This document shows positions 49,753-64,000 of a stretch of DNA of 64,000 nt, one piece after another. Made by a program: the position numbers and the translations under genes. Each line of letters starts with the position of its first letter. The first letter of the stretch is position 1. The notes beneath the pieces are model-generated. The model made no database searches, was not told where the DNA came from, and saw only the letters and a program-made list of their open reading frames with translations. Source of the stretch: Camelus dromedarius (taxonomy: Eukaryota); the NCBI RefSeq assembly GCF_036321535.1, contig NC_087437.1, positions 119,476,001-119,540,000 on the forward strand, read 5' to 3'.

Positions 49753-49875
49753 ACAAACAAACAAATAAATAAATAAATAAATAAATAGAATTACCTCCCT
49801 CCTCTGCCAAAAAAATAAAATAAAATAAAACAAGTAAATTTTAAAAAAGAATACATTAAAAAAAAAAAAAAACCT
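49632..49875 (+). mobile_element. tRNA-Ala-derived SINE (Vic-1-like) with expanded (TAAA)n/(CAAA)n
   Basis: GGGGAGGGTATAGCTCAAGTGGAAGAGCG...; TSD AACA(C/G)AGATGTTAA at 49616-49629 and 49876-49889. Confidence 0.9.
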
Positions 49876-50384
49876 AACAGAGATGTTAAAATGCTGATTT
49901 GTATTTTGACCAAACACAACAAAATAAGTGTCTCCGGGAGCCCAGAGACCAGGCTGATGGTCCAAGCTACCCCTCCCGACACGGAGGTCCGGAGGCTGGC
50001 GGCCGACGCCCCGTCGCCTGCTTGGGCTGGTGGTTACTGGGCTCCGCCTTGGTGCTCCCGTGGCTCCTCCTCTGGCCTCGCCTCTCGGCCCAGACCCTCC
50101 AGGGCACTGACGCCTCGTCACTCCCACCACGAGGTCTGCGCATCACGTGGCCAACACGTCCACCCGCAAACGACGCAGCCTCTTCAAGTCCTGCGCCTCC
50201 AAAACCAACTCCCTCTCCCTCCCATCATTTATGCCCTTTTCCAGCCTGCATCCCAAGTGGGGGACCTCGCACCCCCCGCCTTCTTTTTCTCTTCCTACTT
50301 CCTAGACCACCGAGGGCTCGCACACCCGGCCCAGTCCGCTCTCCCCCTCGGCCACTGTGTCCGGGCCCGACCTGCCACGGCATC

Positions 50385-50815
50385 CTCCGTTCCTGGGGCT
50401 GCTCTGACGAGGCGCCACAGCGGGGTGGCCGAAAACAACAGAAACCCGCTGTCTCATGGTTCTAGAGGCCAGAAGCCAGGGTGTCCTCGGGGCCAGGCTC
50501 CCTCTGAAGGCTCTGCAGGGGGTGGGGGGTCCTTCACGCCTCTTCCAGCTTCTGGTGGCTCCCGCCTTCCTCAGCTTGTGGCCACACACCCCCAGTCTCT
50601 GTCTCTGTCTTCGCATGGCTTTTTCCTCAGTGTGTGTCCTCTCTTCTTCTTATAAGGGCAGCAGTCAGTGGATTCAGGGCCCAATCCTAAATCCAGGATG
50701 ATTTCATCTCACAATCCACAACCAGTTACATCTGCAAAGAACCTTCTCCAAATGAGGCCACACTGTGAGGTTCCAGGTGGACATGAATTTCAGGGGACCC
50801 TGTTCAACTCGCTAG
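50385..50815 (-). mobile_element. MaLR solo LTR (MLT1-like)
   Basis: aaaacaacagaaa...ttctagaggccagaag...ctcttcttcttataagg...atccaggatgatttcatc...acatctgcaaagaacc. Confidence 0.75.
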
Positions 50816-52203
50816 AACCACCCCTTCAGTCTCCTGGTTGTCAGCCTTTCTCCCTGAGCTGTTTTGCTCTCAAGCGTCTGGCCACACTGCTCCCTGGTCC
50901 CCGTGTTTCCTGTACATCATCTTCCAAATCGTGCTCCCCGAGACACTGTTGCTTTTTACAAGAAGAGGGCTCTGATGAAGCAGAGCCAGAGTGCAGGGAG
51001 CTGGAAGGAGGCGAGGCCGAGGGGAGGGAGGCTCAGGCAGCTGGACGGTCAGGGGGATGGTCGCATATTCGTTCAGAGAGAGGAGGGTCGGGGACAGGTG
51101 CTGCTGAGCGGGGAAGTGTGACAAGATCCACAGGCTGCAGAGAAGCGAGGACCTGGAGGGAAGGACAGACAGGAGGAGGAGGAGCAGGACGCGGGACTGC
51201 GGGGCGGTCCCGGGAAGGTGGGGGGTGCCTTTCTGGCCGCTGCTGTGTCCTTCGTGTCACACCTGAGGAGGAGGTGGTTGTGAGGAGAGGGTGGCCGTCT
51301 GGAGGGTGGTGGGTGTGAGTGGCAGTGGGGCGGGCAGTGCTGGCTCACTTGGCATCGCCGGTGCTGACATCCTGGTGGGACCACCCTCTCCTGGTTTACG
51401 ACCAGACCGAGGAGGGCTTGGCCACCCCGGCTCCGGCTCAGGGAAACAGATAGCTGGCTTTGCCAGAGGAGCTTTGGGCATTAGCAACAAGCTTACTGAG
51501 GTGAGAGGCCGGACCCACCAGGAGGGACATGGGGAGGGAGAGGGCAGTGGGAGGACAGGGAGGAGCAGCAGTCACCAGGCGAGTGTGGGCCCAGGAGAGA
51601 AAGCAGCGTGGGACCTTGGACAGTTTGGGGTGCAGCAGGGTGTAACACCGGAGCCGAGGAGGGATGGGCTGGCAAGGAGGGTCAGTGGAGGAGACGCTCC
51701 CTGGGGGTCTGGGGCAAGGGGGGGCTGACGGTCCCAAGACCCTGATGTCCCCTGGGTGCCGAGCACACGTGCCTGTGGGCCCCGGCACTTCTCCTTGGTC
51801 CTGAAGAGCTCACCCCCTCCAGGAGCTGAGAGAGCTTCCCAGCGGGAATCCTGCTCTCATGTGCTCCTTTCCCAGCTCGGACGCTTGCCGCGGCCAGCAC
51901 TCGATAGATACTGGATGGATGGATGCGTTAACAGATGCACGAGCTAATTACCTCTCAGGCTTTCCGACGTCACAGTCCGCATCTGCATTTCTAGGGTCCT
52001 GGCGTCCTCCAGGGCCTTGCTGGGCCCTGCAGAGCTGGGAAAACATGGGTCGTTGCATGATGTTGTCATGTTAGCACCCTCACTCAGCAGCTATAGAGTC
52101 AGAGAAAAATATTCCCCGCTAGATTCTGACTTTGTTGCAAAATGAAAGAGGCTGACAGTTCCCAGGAGCTATGCCTGGCGTGACCCCTCTGTGTCTCGTG
52201 CAG

Positions 52204-52388
52204 TCATGGAAGTCGCGTCCGGAGAATACGGCGATCAGAACGGCCGCCTGGTGAGAGCCGTCCGGGAGGGCATGTGCGACTCTGACTACAGGAGAGAGCC
52301 CGGCGGGGATGCCGAGGTGAACCCTTTTCTTTGGCACCGGCCCTCTGAAGAGGTAAAGCAGGCAAAACGAGTGGAGGGGTTGAGAAAG
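52204..52388 (+). CDS. ABCG1: ABCG1 exon 9: short form ends 52352 (149 nt), long form ends 52388 (+36 nt, [12 protein letters not shown])
   Basis: Acceptor cgtgcAG; two in-frame donors GAG|GTAAAG (52353) and AAG|GTAATT (52389). Confidence 0.95.
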
Positions 52389-52449
52389 GTAATTTCCGGG
52401 GGCGCTGCATGCTGCCCGGTGCACCTGCTGCATGAGAGCTGCTCTTTAA

Positions 52450-53110
<661 letters not shown>

Positions 53111-53359
53111 CTAAAAGCAGACCATCTGGCAACCTGCGTAGGGGGACCGAGTGCTCAGGGGCCTCTGGGACCCAGTCTGCAAGATGGAGGGGGCAGAGCC
53201 CTTCAAGGGTGGGCTCTATACATCCATTCTTTGTCCCCTTCCCCACTGCCATGTCACCTGTCCTCTCCTCTGAAGGTACTCTGCCCTTGTTTGCCACTTT
53301 TGAAGGGATTTAACAAAGGACAGCAATTTCTCCTGCTGTAACAGCAGCAAAATGTGGCC

Positions 53360-53368
53360 GTGTGTGTG

Positions 53369-53403
<35 letters not shown>

Positions 53404-53404
53404 G
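53360..53404. repeat. (TG)n microsatellite, one interruption
   Basis: About 22 units seen directly. Confidence 0.9.
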
Positions 53405-53553
53405 CACATGCATGTTGGTTTAGGTTGGATGCTTGGTTTCCTGGCCAGAAGGGGCAGGATCTGCCTTGGCCAACGACTCCGGGGACCTTGGCCTCCTTGT
53501 TCTTTCTCTGCCCACCTCTGACCTTCCTGCATACGGGCCGCGTCTGCCCCCAG

Positions 53554-53722
53554 GTCCTGACGCACCTGCGGATCACGTCTCACATTGGCATCGGCCTCCT
53601 CATCGGCCTGCTCTACCTGGGAATCGGGAACGAAGCCAAGAAGGTCCTGAGCAACTCCGGTTTCCTCTTCTTCTCCATGCTCTTCCTCATGTTCGCCGCC
53701 CTCATGCCCACTGTCCTCACGT
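53554..53722 (+). CDS. ABCG1: ABCG1 exon 11 (169 nt): [58 protein letters not shown]1-2
   Basis: Acceptor gcccccAG, donor CGT|GTGAGT. Confidence 0.97.
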
Positions 53723-54691
53723 GTGAGTGCCCAGAAGACCCCACACCCATCTCTCCTTCATTATCTGCTACAGAGGTCATGCCTGCTTGGCCACAAACAG
53801 AGTATCTTATTTTTTTTTTTTTTTTAGATAACATTTTCTTTGTTGGCAGATGTAGGTATCATTGTATTTTCTATTAGACAAGAAAATGTTTAAGCCAAAG
53901 GAATGAATCACTAATGGGAGATTTGCAAGCCTGGCAGAAGGCTGATGTGACAGAGAGTTCTATAAGGTTTTCTAATCAGGAACCCCTCAAGCTCTACTGC
54001 ATGAGCATTACCTCATTCAGTTAAGACAGCCCCAGTGCGGCCAAGTTTGTGAGCGAACAAAGCTAATCTAAATGGATTTCCATGCAATTCTAAACTGTTT
54101 GCAAAGTAGGCTGCCCTTAGCCACTTTGGGCTGACAGTGTAGAAAGCTATTGCTTCTCCAGAAATCTAGCATAACCTTCTCCACCTTTATATATATACTT
54201 TTTGCATTATGTTTTTAATGTAAAAAGTTCAAGTTTTATACAATGCCTATCTTGGCAGAATGGAATTAAATAGCTCTTTGGGATTTGGATAATGATCCCA
54301 TAAACCCCTGCCACGCCACCTCCTAAACTGTCCTGAATTCCTAAGACCGGCTCGTGAGGTCTTGCCTGTGGAAGGACTCACATTGTTACGGTTACTCGGG
54401 GGAAGTAAGGTCGGCAGCAGATGCTCATACCAACTACTGAAATGATGCTTTGTATCCACGTATCCACGCAGCTGCCCTCCACCCGGATTCTCCACTCCTT
54501 GAGTGCTCAGTGGTAAAGGCGGTGGGCAGTTTTTCTAGGCAAGTAAATCATCTCACGCCTTCCCAGTAAAACCCCAGGTCCTTTAAGTCCTGAAAGGTGC
54601 ACACGGAGCAGAGGCCAGGTTAGGGCTACGGAGGGCTCGGCATGAGCTCTCGGCAGGCTGTGATGTCTGTCTTCATTTCCCTGTGTCCTAG

Positions 54692-54792
54692 TTCCCCTGG
54701 AGATGGGAGTATTTCTTCGAGAACACCTGAATTACTGGTACAGCCTGAAGGCCTACTACCTGGCCAAGACCATGGCCGACGTCCCCTTCCAG
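54692..54792 (+). CDS. ABCG1: ABCG1 exon 12 (101 nt): (F)[33 protein letters not shown]
   Basis: Acceptor gtcctAG, donor CAG|GTATGC. Confidence 0.97.
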
Positions 54793-54885
54793 GTATGCCG
54801 GCGGAAGCTGCGTGCTTTGAAGGGAGCGTGGCTTCTCCCGAGCACCCTGGAGAGGGGTGGGGCGCCGGCTGCCGGGAGAGGGTGA

Positions 54886-55188
<303 letters not shown>

Positions 55189-55910
55189 TGACTCCCTAGA
55201 CTGGGGAGATGGAGGCCCAGAGAGGCAATGTGATTTTGTCAGAGTCACACAGCGGGCTTGGAGGCCAAGCTCTCAGTGTCTCCGTGGTATTCACTCAGCC
55301 ATCCCTCAGATGCCACCTCCCCACCATTGTGCTCCACACTCCTACTCAACTGAGCCCCACCACGCGCCCTTCTGGACCCCGCCCCCAACCGCCACACCTG
55401 CTGCATTTGCAGTTTCTGCACCCCGAGGGCTTCAGGGCGCTCAGCTTAGTCCTACCTTACAAACCAAAGCCAGAGCTCTGGTGACTCCACACACCCGAGG
55501 CCTTCTGACGCCCCCGTGGCTTGTGGCAGACTCCTGTTTCCATGTCCGGAGCCTCCAGGGCGGTGCCTTCATCCATCCCAAGCCGAAAGCCGTAGGACGT
55601 GCTCGGCCCCCAGGCATGGTTAGCGCCCAGGGAGTGGCGCTCCTGACCCTTCCTCCCTCAGATCCAGCGACACCTCCGTGGTCAGCACCTCGGACACTGT
55701 GCCTCGAGCCTCACTGGGCTCCCTCACCACCACTCCCAGCATCACTCCGCCCCTGCTCTGCGGGGCCTCCATCCTTTTTTTACTGTCCATCCCTTCTGCT
55801 GGGTCCGGCTGGGCCCCTGGGCACAGACCCCAGCCCCTCCCTGGGCGGGAGACCAGTCTGCTCTCCCCCAGAACGGGCTGCTTCTCCGCACAGCCTTGGC
55901 CCTGGTGTGA

Positions 55911-56153
<243 letters not shown>

Positions 56154-57310
56154 TAGCGCGCGGGCCCCTACCGACTGGGGACCGACCACAGCAGTGGGGG
56201 GACGTGCTCACATGCAGCGGCTCACAGAAGCCCTTTCCTGGCCGTCAGCTAGGTGCCGGCATGATTCTTGGACCATGAATCCACCATGAATCCAAGAGTG
56301 TCAATGCCTTCGATTTTAACCCTGGTTTTGTGCACCCGACCTCCCATACACATGGGCGCACACACTCATGGAGAAAGCTGGTACTAGTGACCCTGAGGCC
56401 ATGGGGCCTCCATGTTCCGGAGAGGTGCCTTGGGTGGGAGAACTTCTATCTTTTAGGAATTTTATCCCTCTCTGGAATAAACAGAGCTTGTAACAAGGTT
56501 CTGAATATTCGTAAAACCTTTGTAGGAAATCCAGCAGAAAACGAGTCATGTTTCAAGCATCCTAATATTTTCCAACAAGCCTGCCCTGGTGCCCGGCACC
56601 TCGGGGGTCAGATTTCATCCTCTGCGCTCAGAGGTGTTTTGGCACGTCGGCCCCCGACAGGCAGTGCCCAAGTTAGAGCTTTCTCCCCAGCCCCAGCCAT
56701 TTCACGTGCCACACAGGATCCCAAACTATGAACAAGCTTGTCTTTTCTCGAACGTCGGCTCAGACCCAGGTGTGTTGTTCCAGAAAACAAAGTCACATCA
56801 GAGCACCTGTTCAGAGTTTCAGCAATCTGTGCGCCTTCCAACGCCGAGAAATCGGAAACCCATGCCTTCCTTCTCAGAGTTGGCACTTTTGTTCTGTTAA
56901 TGCAGGGCTGGAACAAGACAATAGATGGTGTGAAAATCTTTTATTTAAATGCTCTGCAGTCCTTGGATGGCTATCAGATCCTCAAATATATCTGTTAAAA
57001 ACAAAAGTGTATGATGTCAGAAGCAATCAAAGTGTTTTGCATTCATATCCACACTGAACAAATAACTACTCTCTTTGTTCAGTTTGGTTTTGGGGTTTTG
57101 TTTGTTTGTTTGGTGGAGATTCTGGAGGAAACAGAATTGGAAAACATCAAGCTGTTGAATGTGTCTGCCTTAGGAAGGCGTGGAGCGGTCAGGAAGGATC
57201 CCGGTGAAGAGAGACCTCCGGGGAGGGAGGGGAGCTGGGCTGAGGGTCACGGGGGGCCGTGGTGCCCGACCCTCCGCACACACGGGCAGAGGCGGGGTCG
57301 GGGGTCCTGA

Positions 57311-57571
<261 letters not shown>

Positions 57572-58165
57572 AGCGCCGGGTGCCCGGCCAGAGGAAAACC
57601 GGACGCTGAGGCCGAGGGCCGCTCCCAGGACCCGGGCGGCAAGCCCGGCCAGAGGACACAGACACCCTGGGCCCCACCCCCTGGGGACCACGTTTGGTCG
57701 TCAGGCATCCAGGGTCGGTGCCGCCCCAGCTGGGTTGGGTCTCTTCCCCACCACTTTCTAGCTGTAACTAGGAAGGTGTAGAAAGGTTGTTTTTTTTTTT
57801 TTCCACGTACAGAATTTTTAAATACCACAACTGGGGCAGAACTGATAACTGCACCAAAGCTGGCGACGAGACCCCTCCTGCGGACGGGGACGCTCTGGCC
57901 CTGGCGGGGTGGGGTTGTCCGAGCAGCGTCCCGGCGGCCCCAGGGCAGAGGGGCCCGGGCGCAGCGGCGGGCCGGCCGGCCCGTCCCGGGACTGTTGCTG
58001 TCGTAGCTTCATCTTTTTACGGTTTGTCTCTTTTTCCAACGAGAAGTCATTTTTCAAGCCAAATGTTGATAACTTTCATTCCTTTTCAGAAACTGTACCT
58101 TTTTAGTACTTGTGGAAGAAAATTATGCAGGATAAATAATACGCTTTGTTGGGAGCTGTGAGGGG
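57572..58165 (+). other. ABCG1: ABCG1 3' UTR (3' end uncertain)
   Basis: Follows the stop codon; U-rich blocks; candidate variant poly(A) signal GATAAA at 58131-58136. Confidence 0.55.
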
Positions 58166-61100
58166 TTTGACGCGACCGCGGGCCTGGCCTCATTCACAGG
58201 CAGAGCTCGTGGAAGACGCAGAGGTAGGCTCCAGGCTGGAGGAGGACCGGAACGGTGTGTTCTAAGCTGTGCAGAAAAATTGAAAGTGACAGCAAAAGCT
58301 GTGAAGTGAAATTGGCCAACCCTTTCAAAGTCGTTTATTTTGCCCATGCTTCTTATTTTGAGCAAAAATATATCGTTTCTTTCTTCCTGATTTTCCAAGC
58401 ACCTTAATTTTGCCTAAAAAAAAAAAAAAATCTAGAAGATCAACCCTGTCGATGTCTTACAGACATTTCCTCCCCCTCGTCAGCTACCTCCACTGAGCCT
58501 GGGAAAGCCTGGGACGGTGTGACTGTCGCAGGGTCTGCAGGTGCAGCCCAGGAAGGATGCGCTAACTTCCTAAGAGGGAAGGTGCTGAGATTTCATGAGA
58601 ATCCAAGACCTTTGCAAGAAACCGGCGAAGACTTGGAGCAGCGGAGGCGCCTGCTGCTCCTTCAGTCATTTGGTCATTCGCTTAGAGCCGTGAGCGGTTC
58701 CACCCCCAACATCCTGTTTCCGTGCCGTCTCAGTGGCACCACCTTCTCAACGCTGGGCGAGTGTAGTCTTTCCAGACCGGAAACTCCTTTCCAGTCACGT
58801 GGTCACACAAGTAAAGTCCCTCTCGGGCAGGAGCAGCGGGCACCTCTGCAGGGTAAACGGCCTTTGAATTCCTGGCGGGGCGCCCCTGTGCTCCTCAGCT
58901 TTCAGAGGCAGCGTGACTGCACGGCGGAAGGGACCTTGGCCAGAGAAGTTCCTCTGGAAGAAAAGGGAACTGCTTTCTCTTCTAGAATACCAGTAAGCGG
59001 GAATTGGGGTCTCCTAATGAAAGCTCGTATTTTGTGGACAGATTCATTAACCTCCCTGAGCCTCAGCTTCCCCATCTGTAAACAGCAGCAGGAGACCGTC
59101 TTCAAGGCCATATTCAGCCCAGAAGGATTCTGAGTTTCCTTGGTGTGTCCAGAAATTTTGTTTCCCATTTAAGAGAATGAGAAAGGTCCAGATTTTACAC
59201 ACACACAGACTTGACTGGAAAATGCTGAGAGATCCCTCTCTCGCCCTCAGATCCCTTTTAGTAAACACAGCTGAGGTATTTAAATGGAATTTTATGTTTG
59301 CTTACTTTGCACCACTGTGGCGTTGCCGTCCAGATTAAGTTACTTCACCAGGGTCAGACTTAGCCTTTATAAAAAGTCTTCATTCCATTTCAAGAAAGAT
59401 TTGCCTGTAAGACATAGTGCACTGAGAAGCCTGGTGAAATACAGAGTGGGGAGGAGCTAAAAGCCCTTGGTCATGCCCCAGAATTACACCAGGCGAGGCC
59501 AGCACTGAAAGCCTCTGCCGCCAGGGGAGCCCTTCCGGCCGTGGGTCCGTGCGCCCAGAAGGACGTCCCGCGCAGACCGACCATCCCGCCCCCCGGGCAG
59601 CCTCGCTTCTGCCGCTGAGCCCACGGCCACCTGTCTCAGCAGTTTCGGGAGGAAACAGTGAGATTCCTCTAGATATAAAATCCGGTTTCCAAACACACCT
59701 CCACCCGCGGGAGGAATCCTCTCCCTGGGAGTTCGCGCTCCCTGCATTTCAATCTCCAGGTTATATTCATCCCCTAACAGATGAGAAGCTGATTAAGGCC
59801 TCCCAAAGGGCAGATCTTGGGGGGCGTGAGGGCCTGCGGGCTGCCGGAAGGGAAACCCTGTACAGACTAATGTGTTATTTTCCAAGGATGCCACCTGGAG
59901 AGCAGTGAGGACTGCAGCTTAGGACTGAAGGACGAGGCTTAGGAAGACCTAAGGCCTTGCTGAGCGAGGGTGCTGCCTGCATCGCTCCTCACTTTGCAGG
60001 CGTCAGCAGTGCCCCTTGCCCCTCGCTCCTGCTTTCTCATCCTAAACTCTTGGCAGCTTAGGGCCAAACACCGCGGTTTGGATCTCCAGGCATTTGCCCT
60101 CTGCTTTTTGCCGTAGGACAGGTTGATAAAACACGTTACTCAGTGGCCGACGGGAGCACCCAAGTAACTCAGTGACGTTGTTTTCCTGCATAAGTGTGGT
60201 TAAGAGGTGGGTGTGTGTGCCGTCTCTTGTACACTGGAATTTAAACCAGGCCGACTTCCCACATCTAATTCTTTTGAGTAACGTCTGAATGTGATGACTC
60301 AGACCTTGCCTTCACCTCTGATTTCGCTTCTTCATTTGGAAGGAAGGCGGGGACCTGGGAAGAAAGACGTGTAGCCTTTCCAGTCGTAGTGGAGCTGGAA
60401 AAGGAAGTCCAGAGAGTGTCACTGTTGCGTGGGGCTTGTCGGGAGAGAGGGCCTCTGCGGGGCTCTGGCCCCTGGTCCGCGGAAGCATCGGCGCCTGGGT
60501 CTGCAGACCAGCCCCACCTCGGGAGCCTGTCACCTCCTCCATGTTCACAGCACTCCACGCCTCCCTCTCGCCCCCTCTTGCTGAGTATCAGCTTGAGAAA
60601 TAAATGCTTCTAAAGCTGCCGTGTGGGTGACCTGGGAAGGGAAGGAACCATGTAAACATTTCATGTGGAAGATGCTGGACTCTGATTAGGTCACCCAGGG
60701 GAGGGACCTTCAGGACCAAGAAATGGGACGTAAGCTTTCAGGTGAAAACTCATCCTGGGGCCCCGCAGAAGGTCATTTCCCACCTGAGAGCGGCGCCAGC
60801 CGGCAGCCAGGGGCAGGCTGAATCCACAGGGTGGGACCCCCTCCGGTGGTTTCCCTGAGGGGAGAGCACCTTGAGCCCCAGTGCGCTGAGCATCCTTCCT
60901 CGCCAGTGGTCCAGGCACTGGCTGGATGCCTCACCATCTCCTCGGTTCAGTTACTTACTCAGCAAAAGAGTGCTGACCCTTCCCCGCATGCTCAGTGTAG
61001 CCCAGGCACGCGGGCTCAGGGAGGGCGCTCAGACGGCCGGTCCTCAGTGCGGGCGTCGGGAGGGCGTCCCACTCTGCAGATGCAGGGTGCCGCGGCTGGG

Positions 61101-64000
61101 AGAGGGTCCGTGAGGTCCTGGGTCCAGGGCCAGGAAAGAGCAGACTTGAGTCTGACCCCAGACTCTCTACCTTTTGCTTTGCCGTATCGCCTCCTGTTCA
61201 CAGTGTACAGATGTATAAGAAAATGCAACGTATAAAGTGAAGTGCTAGGTTAGTTCTGGACTTGCTGTCACCAAACGGACAGCTGAGTTGGAAGGGTGGC
61301 CCACAGCCCCTTCCTCAGTCGCCTTGCATCAGGGTGTCCCGAGCTGGCCTGGGGGCTGAGCCCACCCTGTCTCAGTGGAGAGGTGCCTTCCCCGCCCTTA
61401 CCTGGTCTAAGCTTCCTAGTGCAGCACACCTGCAGGCGAGCTGAGCCCCGAGAGGGGCTGGTGTGCACACGTGTGTGTGTGTGCATGCACGCCTATGCGT
61501 GTGCACGTACACACACGTGTGTACACACACGAGGGCACGTGTCAGGTCGCTCTGGGTGTGTGTCTCGTGGTATTATCTGTGGTGTCTCTAAATCCTCAAT
61601 CATCCTTTACTCCAGGAAAGAAAGAGAAAACTCCCTCACTTCATGCCTGCGGTGCGGATGGTAACACGTAGTCAAAACCCACAGACTTGCAGCAAATACC
61701 AGCTAAACTGGGATGTCACAAAGAGTGAAACAAAACAACGCAGCGGAGGGGAGGGAGGTGCAGGGTGTGTGGCTATAAATTAGATACTCCTCAGAAATGA
61801 AGACTGCTAATAAAACACTTTACATAAACTTTTTACTTGTGTTCAGTGTCAACTGCTTCACAGTCAGTCTTCTGCTTGAACTTTACTAGACGGAGGGGAT
61901 TTTCAGGTTGGATTCTGAGTACGGTTGCTGCACGTCTAGCGAGCCTTCTGGTTTCTCCCTCGGCCTCACTGTCTAGCATCTGCCTGTGAACAGTCACCTT
62001 TCTCTCCCGTAGCTTTCACGTTTTGTGCTGAACTGTCCTTAAGGTTTGTGGTTCCTCCATTTTTCTCACCCCTTGCTTCCCCTTTGGGAACATTGGCCAG
62101 GACTTTAAACAGAGCGGAGAGCCCAGATGCAGGCGGCCCACGTGTGGCCCCTGCGGTCTCTCCCCACTTCACAACGCTAGGTGGCCTCAGGGCCGGCGCC
62201 GGGGGTTGGATGTGGCCTTAGCGCTCGCCCATCCACCGAGCGGCCTTTCCAAAGGCAGCGTCCACCTGGTCTTCCCTCCCTCCTCGGGGACACAGAGCAG
62301 AGTGCAGGGCTGAGCAGAGTCCCAGGATGGGTGGCCCCTGCAGTCCTGCTAAGTGACAGGGAGAGGGGGATGTGGCCCGGAGGTGGGGCAGGCTCCTGAG
62401 ACTCCCTTCTCTCCTCCGCACCCGCCGTCCTACAGACCCCGCCTGCCTTCGTGCAGCTTCCGCCAAGGTCACGGTCCTTCTGGTCACTGCACCTGAGCCT
62501 CCCACCCCAGGGAAAGTCCTTGGACACAATCATCCTCTGCGAAAACGGGTGTTTCTGATGTCCACCTGGGGCTCCCCGGGCCCAGAAGCATGAAGAAGCG
62601 GAGAGCCCCATGCCCCCATCGCACAGTCTAATTGCCACACTTGCAAGCTCCGTAGGCACCTCCCGGGGAGGAAGACAGCCGAGCGTGATGCCCTCACGCC
62701 TGCCGTCTTCTGCAGGTGCCGCTCAGGTTTTGGGGGAGCTACTGGTATCCTTCCCCTCTCCTCCCCTTCTTGGAGGAAACAAAGGTTTAGCATTAGCTTA
62801 ATCTTTTGTGTTATCTCTGGTCAACTTGGAGTCATTCATCAAACAGACATTTTGTGGGTGGCTCGAGGAGGCCCGGAGGAAGCCAGGTTCATACAAATGA
62901 CTCCCATGAGCAGAGCTCAGGCTTAGAGCCCCTGACACCTCCCTGTTCTCAAAATAGGCCCCTGATGTCAAAAAGGATTAACTGTCCACCACTGGCTACC
63001 ATGCGCTGGCCAGGTAAGGGGTCACGCTGCTGGAGGCAGAGTTTTGGGGCTTTTCCATGATATAATGACCCTTGTAAAGCTGGAGAGAAAGGAGCAGAAG
63101 CACGAAAGTGCCCTTGTTTTGTCCCAAACCACGTGGAGCTGGATCTAGGGCTGGGTCTGGGCCCTGCTTTGGGCAAAGGAGCGGCTGCATGTACCCAGCT
63201 GGTACCCAGGTGGAGGGCCGGCCTGTGCAGTCTGCCCCCCATTCCCGGCGAGACACCCCAAGTGAAGGACGTGGCCACAGACATGTACGAGCTTCTCCCT
63301 GAGGTTCGTGGTTTTATCCAGATCTTGGGAACAGCCTGAGCCCAGGCCACAGAGTTAAAACAGCAAAGCCCGGAACAGTCTCATTCAGCTGAAGTTTCTT
63401 CTCAGTGGCGTGGCATCATCTTCTGCTTGGTGTGTCTGAATAGACATAAGGGAGAACCCTGCTGCTCCCCCATGAGTGTCTTTGGCCTGTATTTTGCACG
63501 TGAACTTGAACGTTCCCCTGATGCTGTATACAGTTCAATGGTGTTTCTTTTCACTGATGTCTGAGATCTGATTTGGGGGGACGTGTTAGCCACCTGCTGG
63601 TACCGCTGCATGATGGGAGTCATCCCGTACCTGCAGCAGGGGCCAAGGTGAGCTGGGGCAGAGATGCTGGGTCCTGGCTGGCGGGTGTGGAGCCATGAGG
63701 CGTGACCCTCCCTGCTGCCTGCTTGTGGGCCGGTTCTCAAGGCCCCCAAGGCACCTCCTTCGAGGAGAGTTCAGAAAGGCCTTGCTGCCAGCACTGGGCG
63801 TGGACCATTATTCCATTTCACCTGCCATGCTGGCCCGCCACCAGCCCCTTCTTCCCATCACAGCCCGGGACCAGTGCTGTGGAGCTTTCGAGAAAACAGT
63901 GTTTTCCACACGGGGCTTTGCTGGAGCAGAGGAGGCACGGGCTCATCCATTTCTAGGGGAGAAGTCATCACAACTACATCCCTTCTCTGGGGGCCCTGCA

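Noticed and set aside
57582..57656. 14-bp direct repeat GCCCGGCCAGAGGA just after the stop codon
   Set aside because: No poly(A) or element body between the copies; likely a small old duplication or chance in GC-rich DNA.
58200..64000. Downstream neighbour gene (TFF3 expected from human synteny)
   Set aside because: No trefoil-domain exon or recognisable terminal exon seen on either strand within the window.

Overview
GC-rich mammalian genomic DNA containing nearly all of the ABCG1 gene (ABC half-transporter for cholesterol/sterol efflux) on the + strand. Fourteen coding exons (orthologous to human exons 2-15) were reconstructed by hand. All 13 introns are GT-AG, phases are consistent, and the CDS ends at TAA 57569-57571. 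The exons total 1959 nt; with the 42-nt coding exon 1 of human ABCG1 (upstream of this window) that gives the 666-aa isoform, or 678 aa using the alternative exon-9 donor. Intron 2 is about 36 kb and carries three LXR-type DR4 elements and a CpG island with promoter-like motifs. Repeats include tRNA-Ala-derived SINEs resembling the camelid Vic-1 family (so probably camel/alpaca/llama, inferred), L1 fragments (one with a 5' inversion and a nested insertion), MaLR/MLT1 LTRs, MIRs and simple repeats. I found no CRISPR array, prokaryotic element, second protein-coding gene or convincingly new biological system. Almost all ORFs in the track are chance ORFs in GC-rich intron. The best leads are regulatory, splicing and retrotransposition observations.
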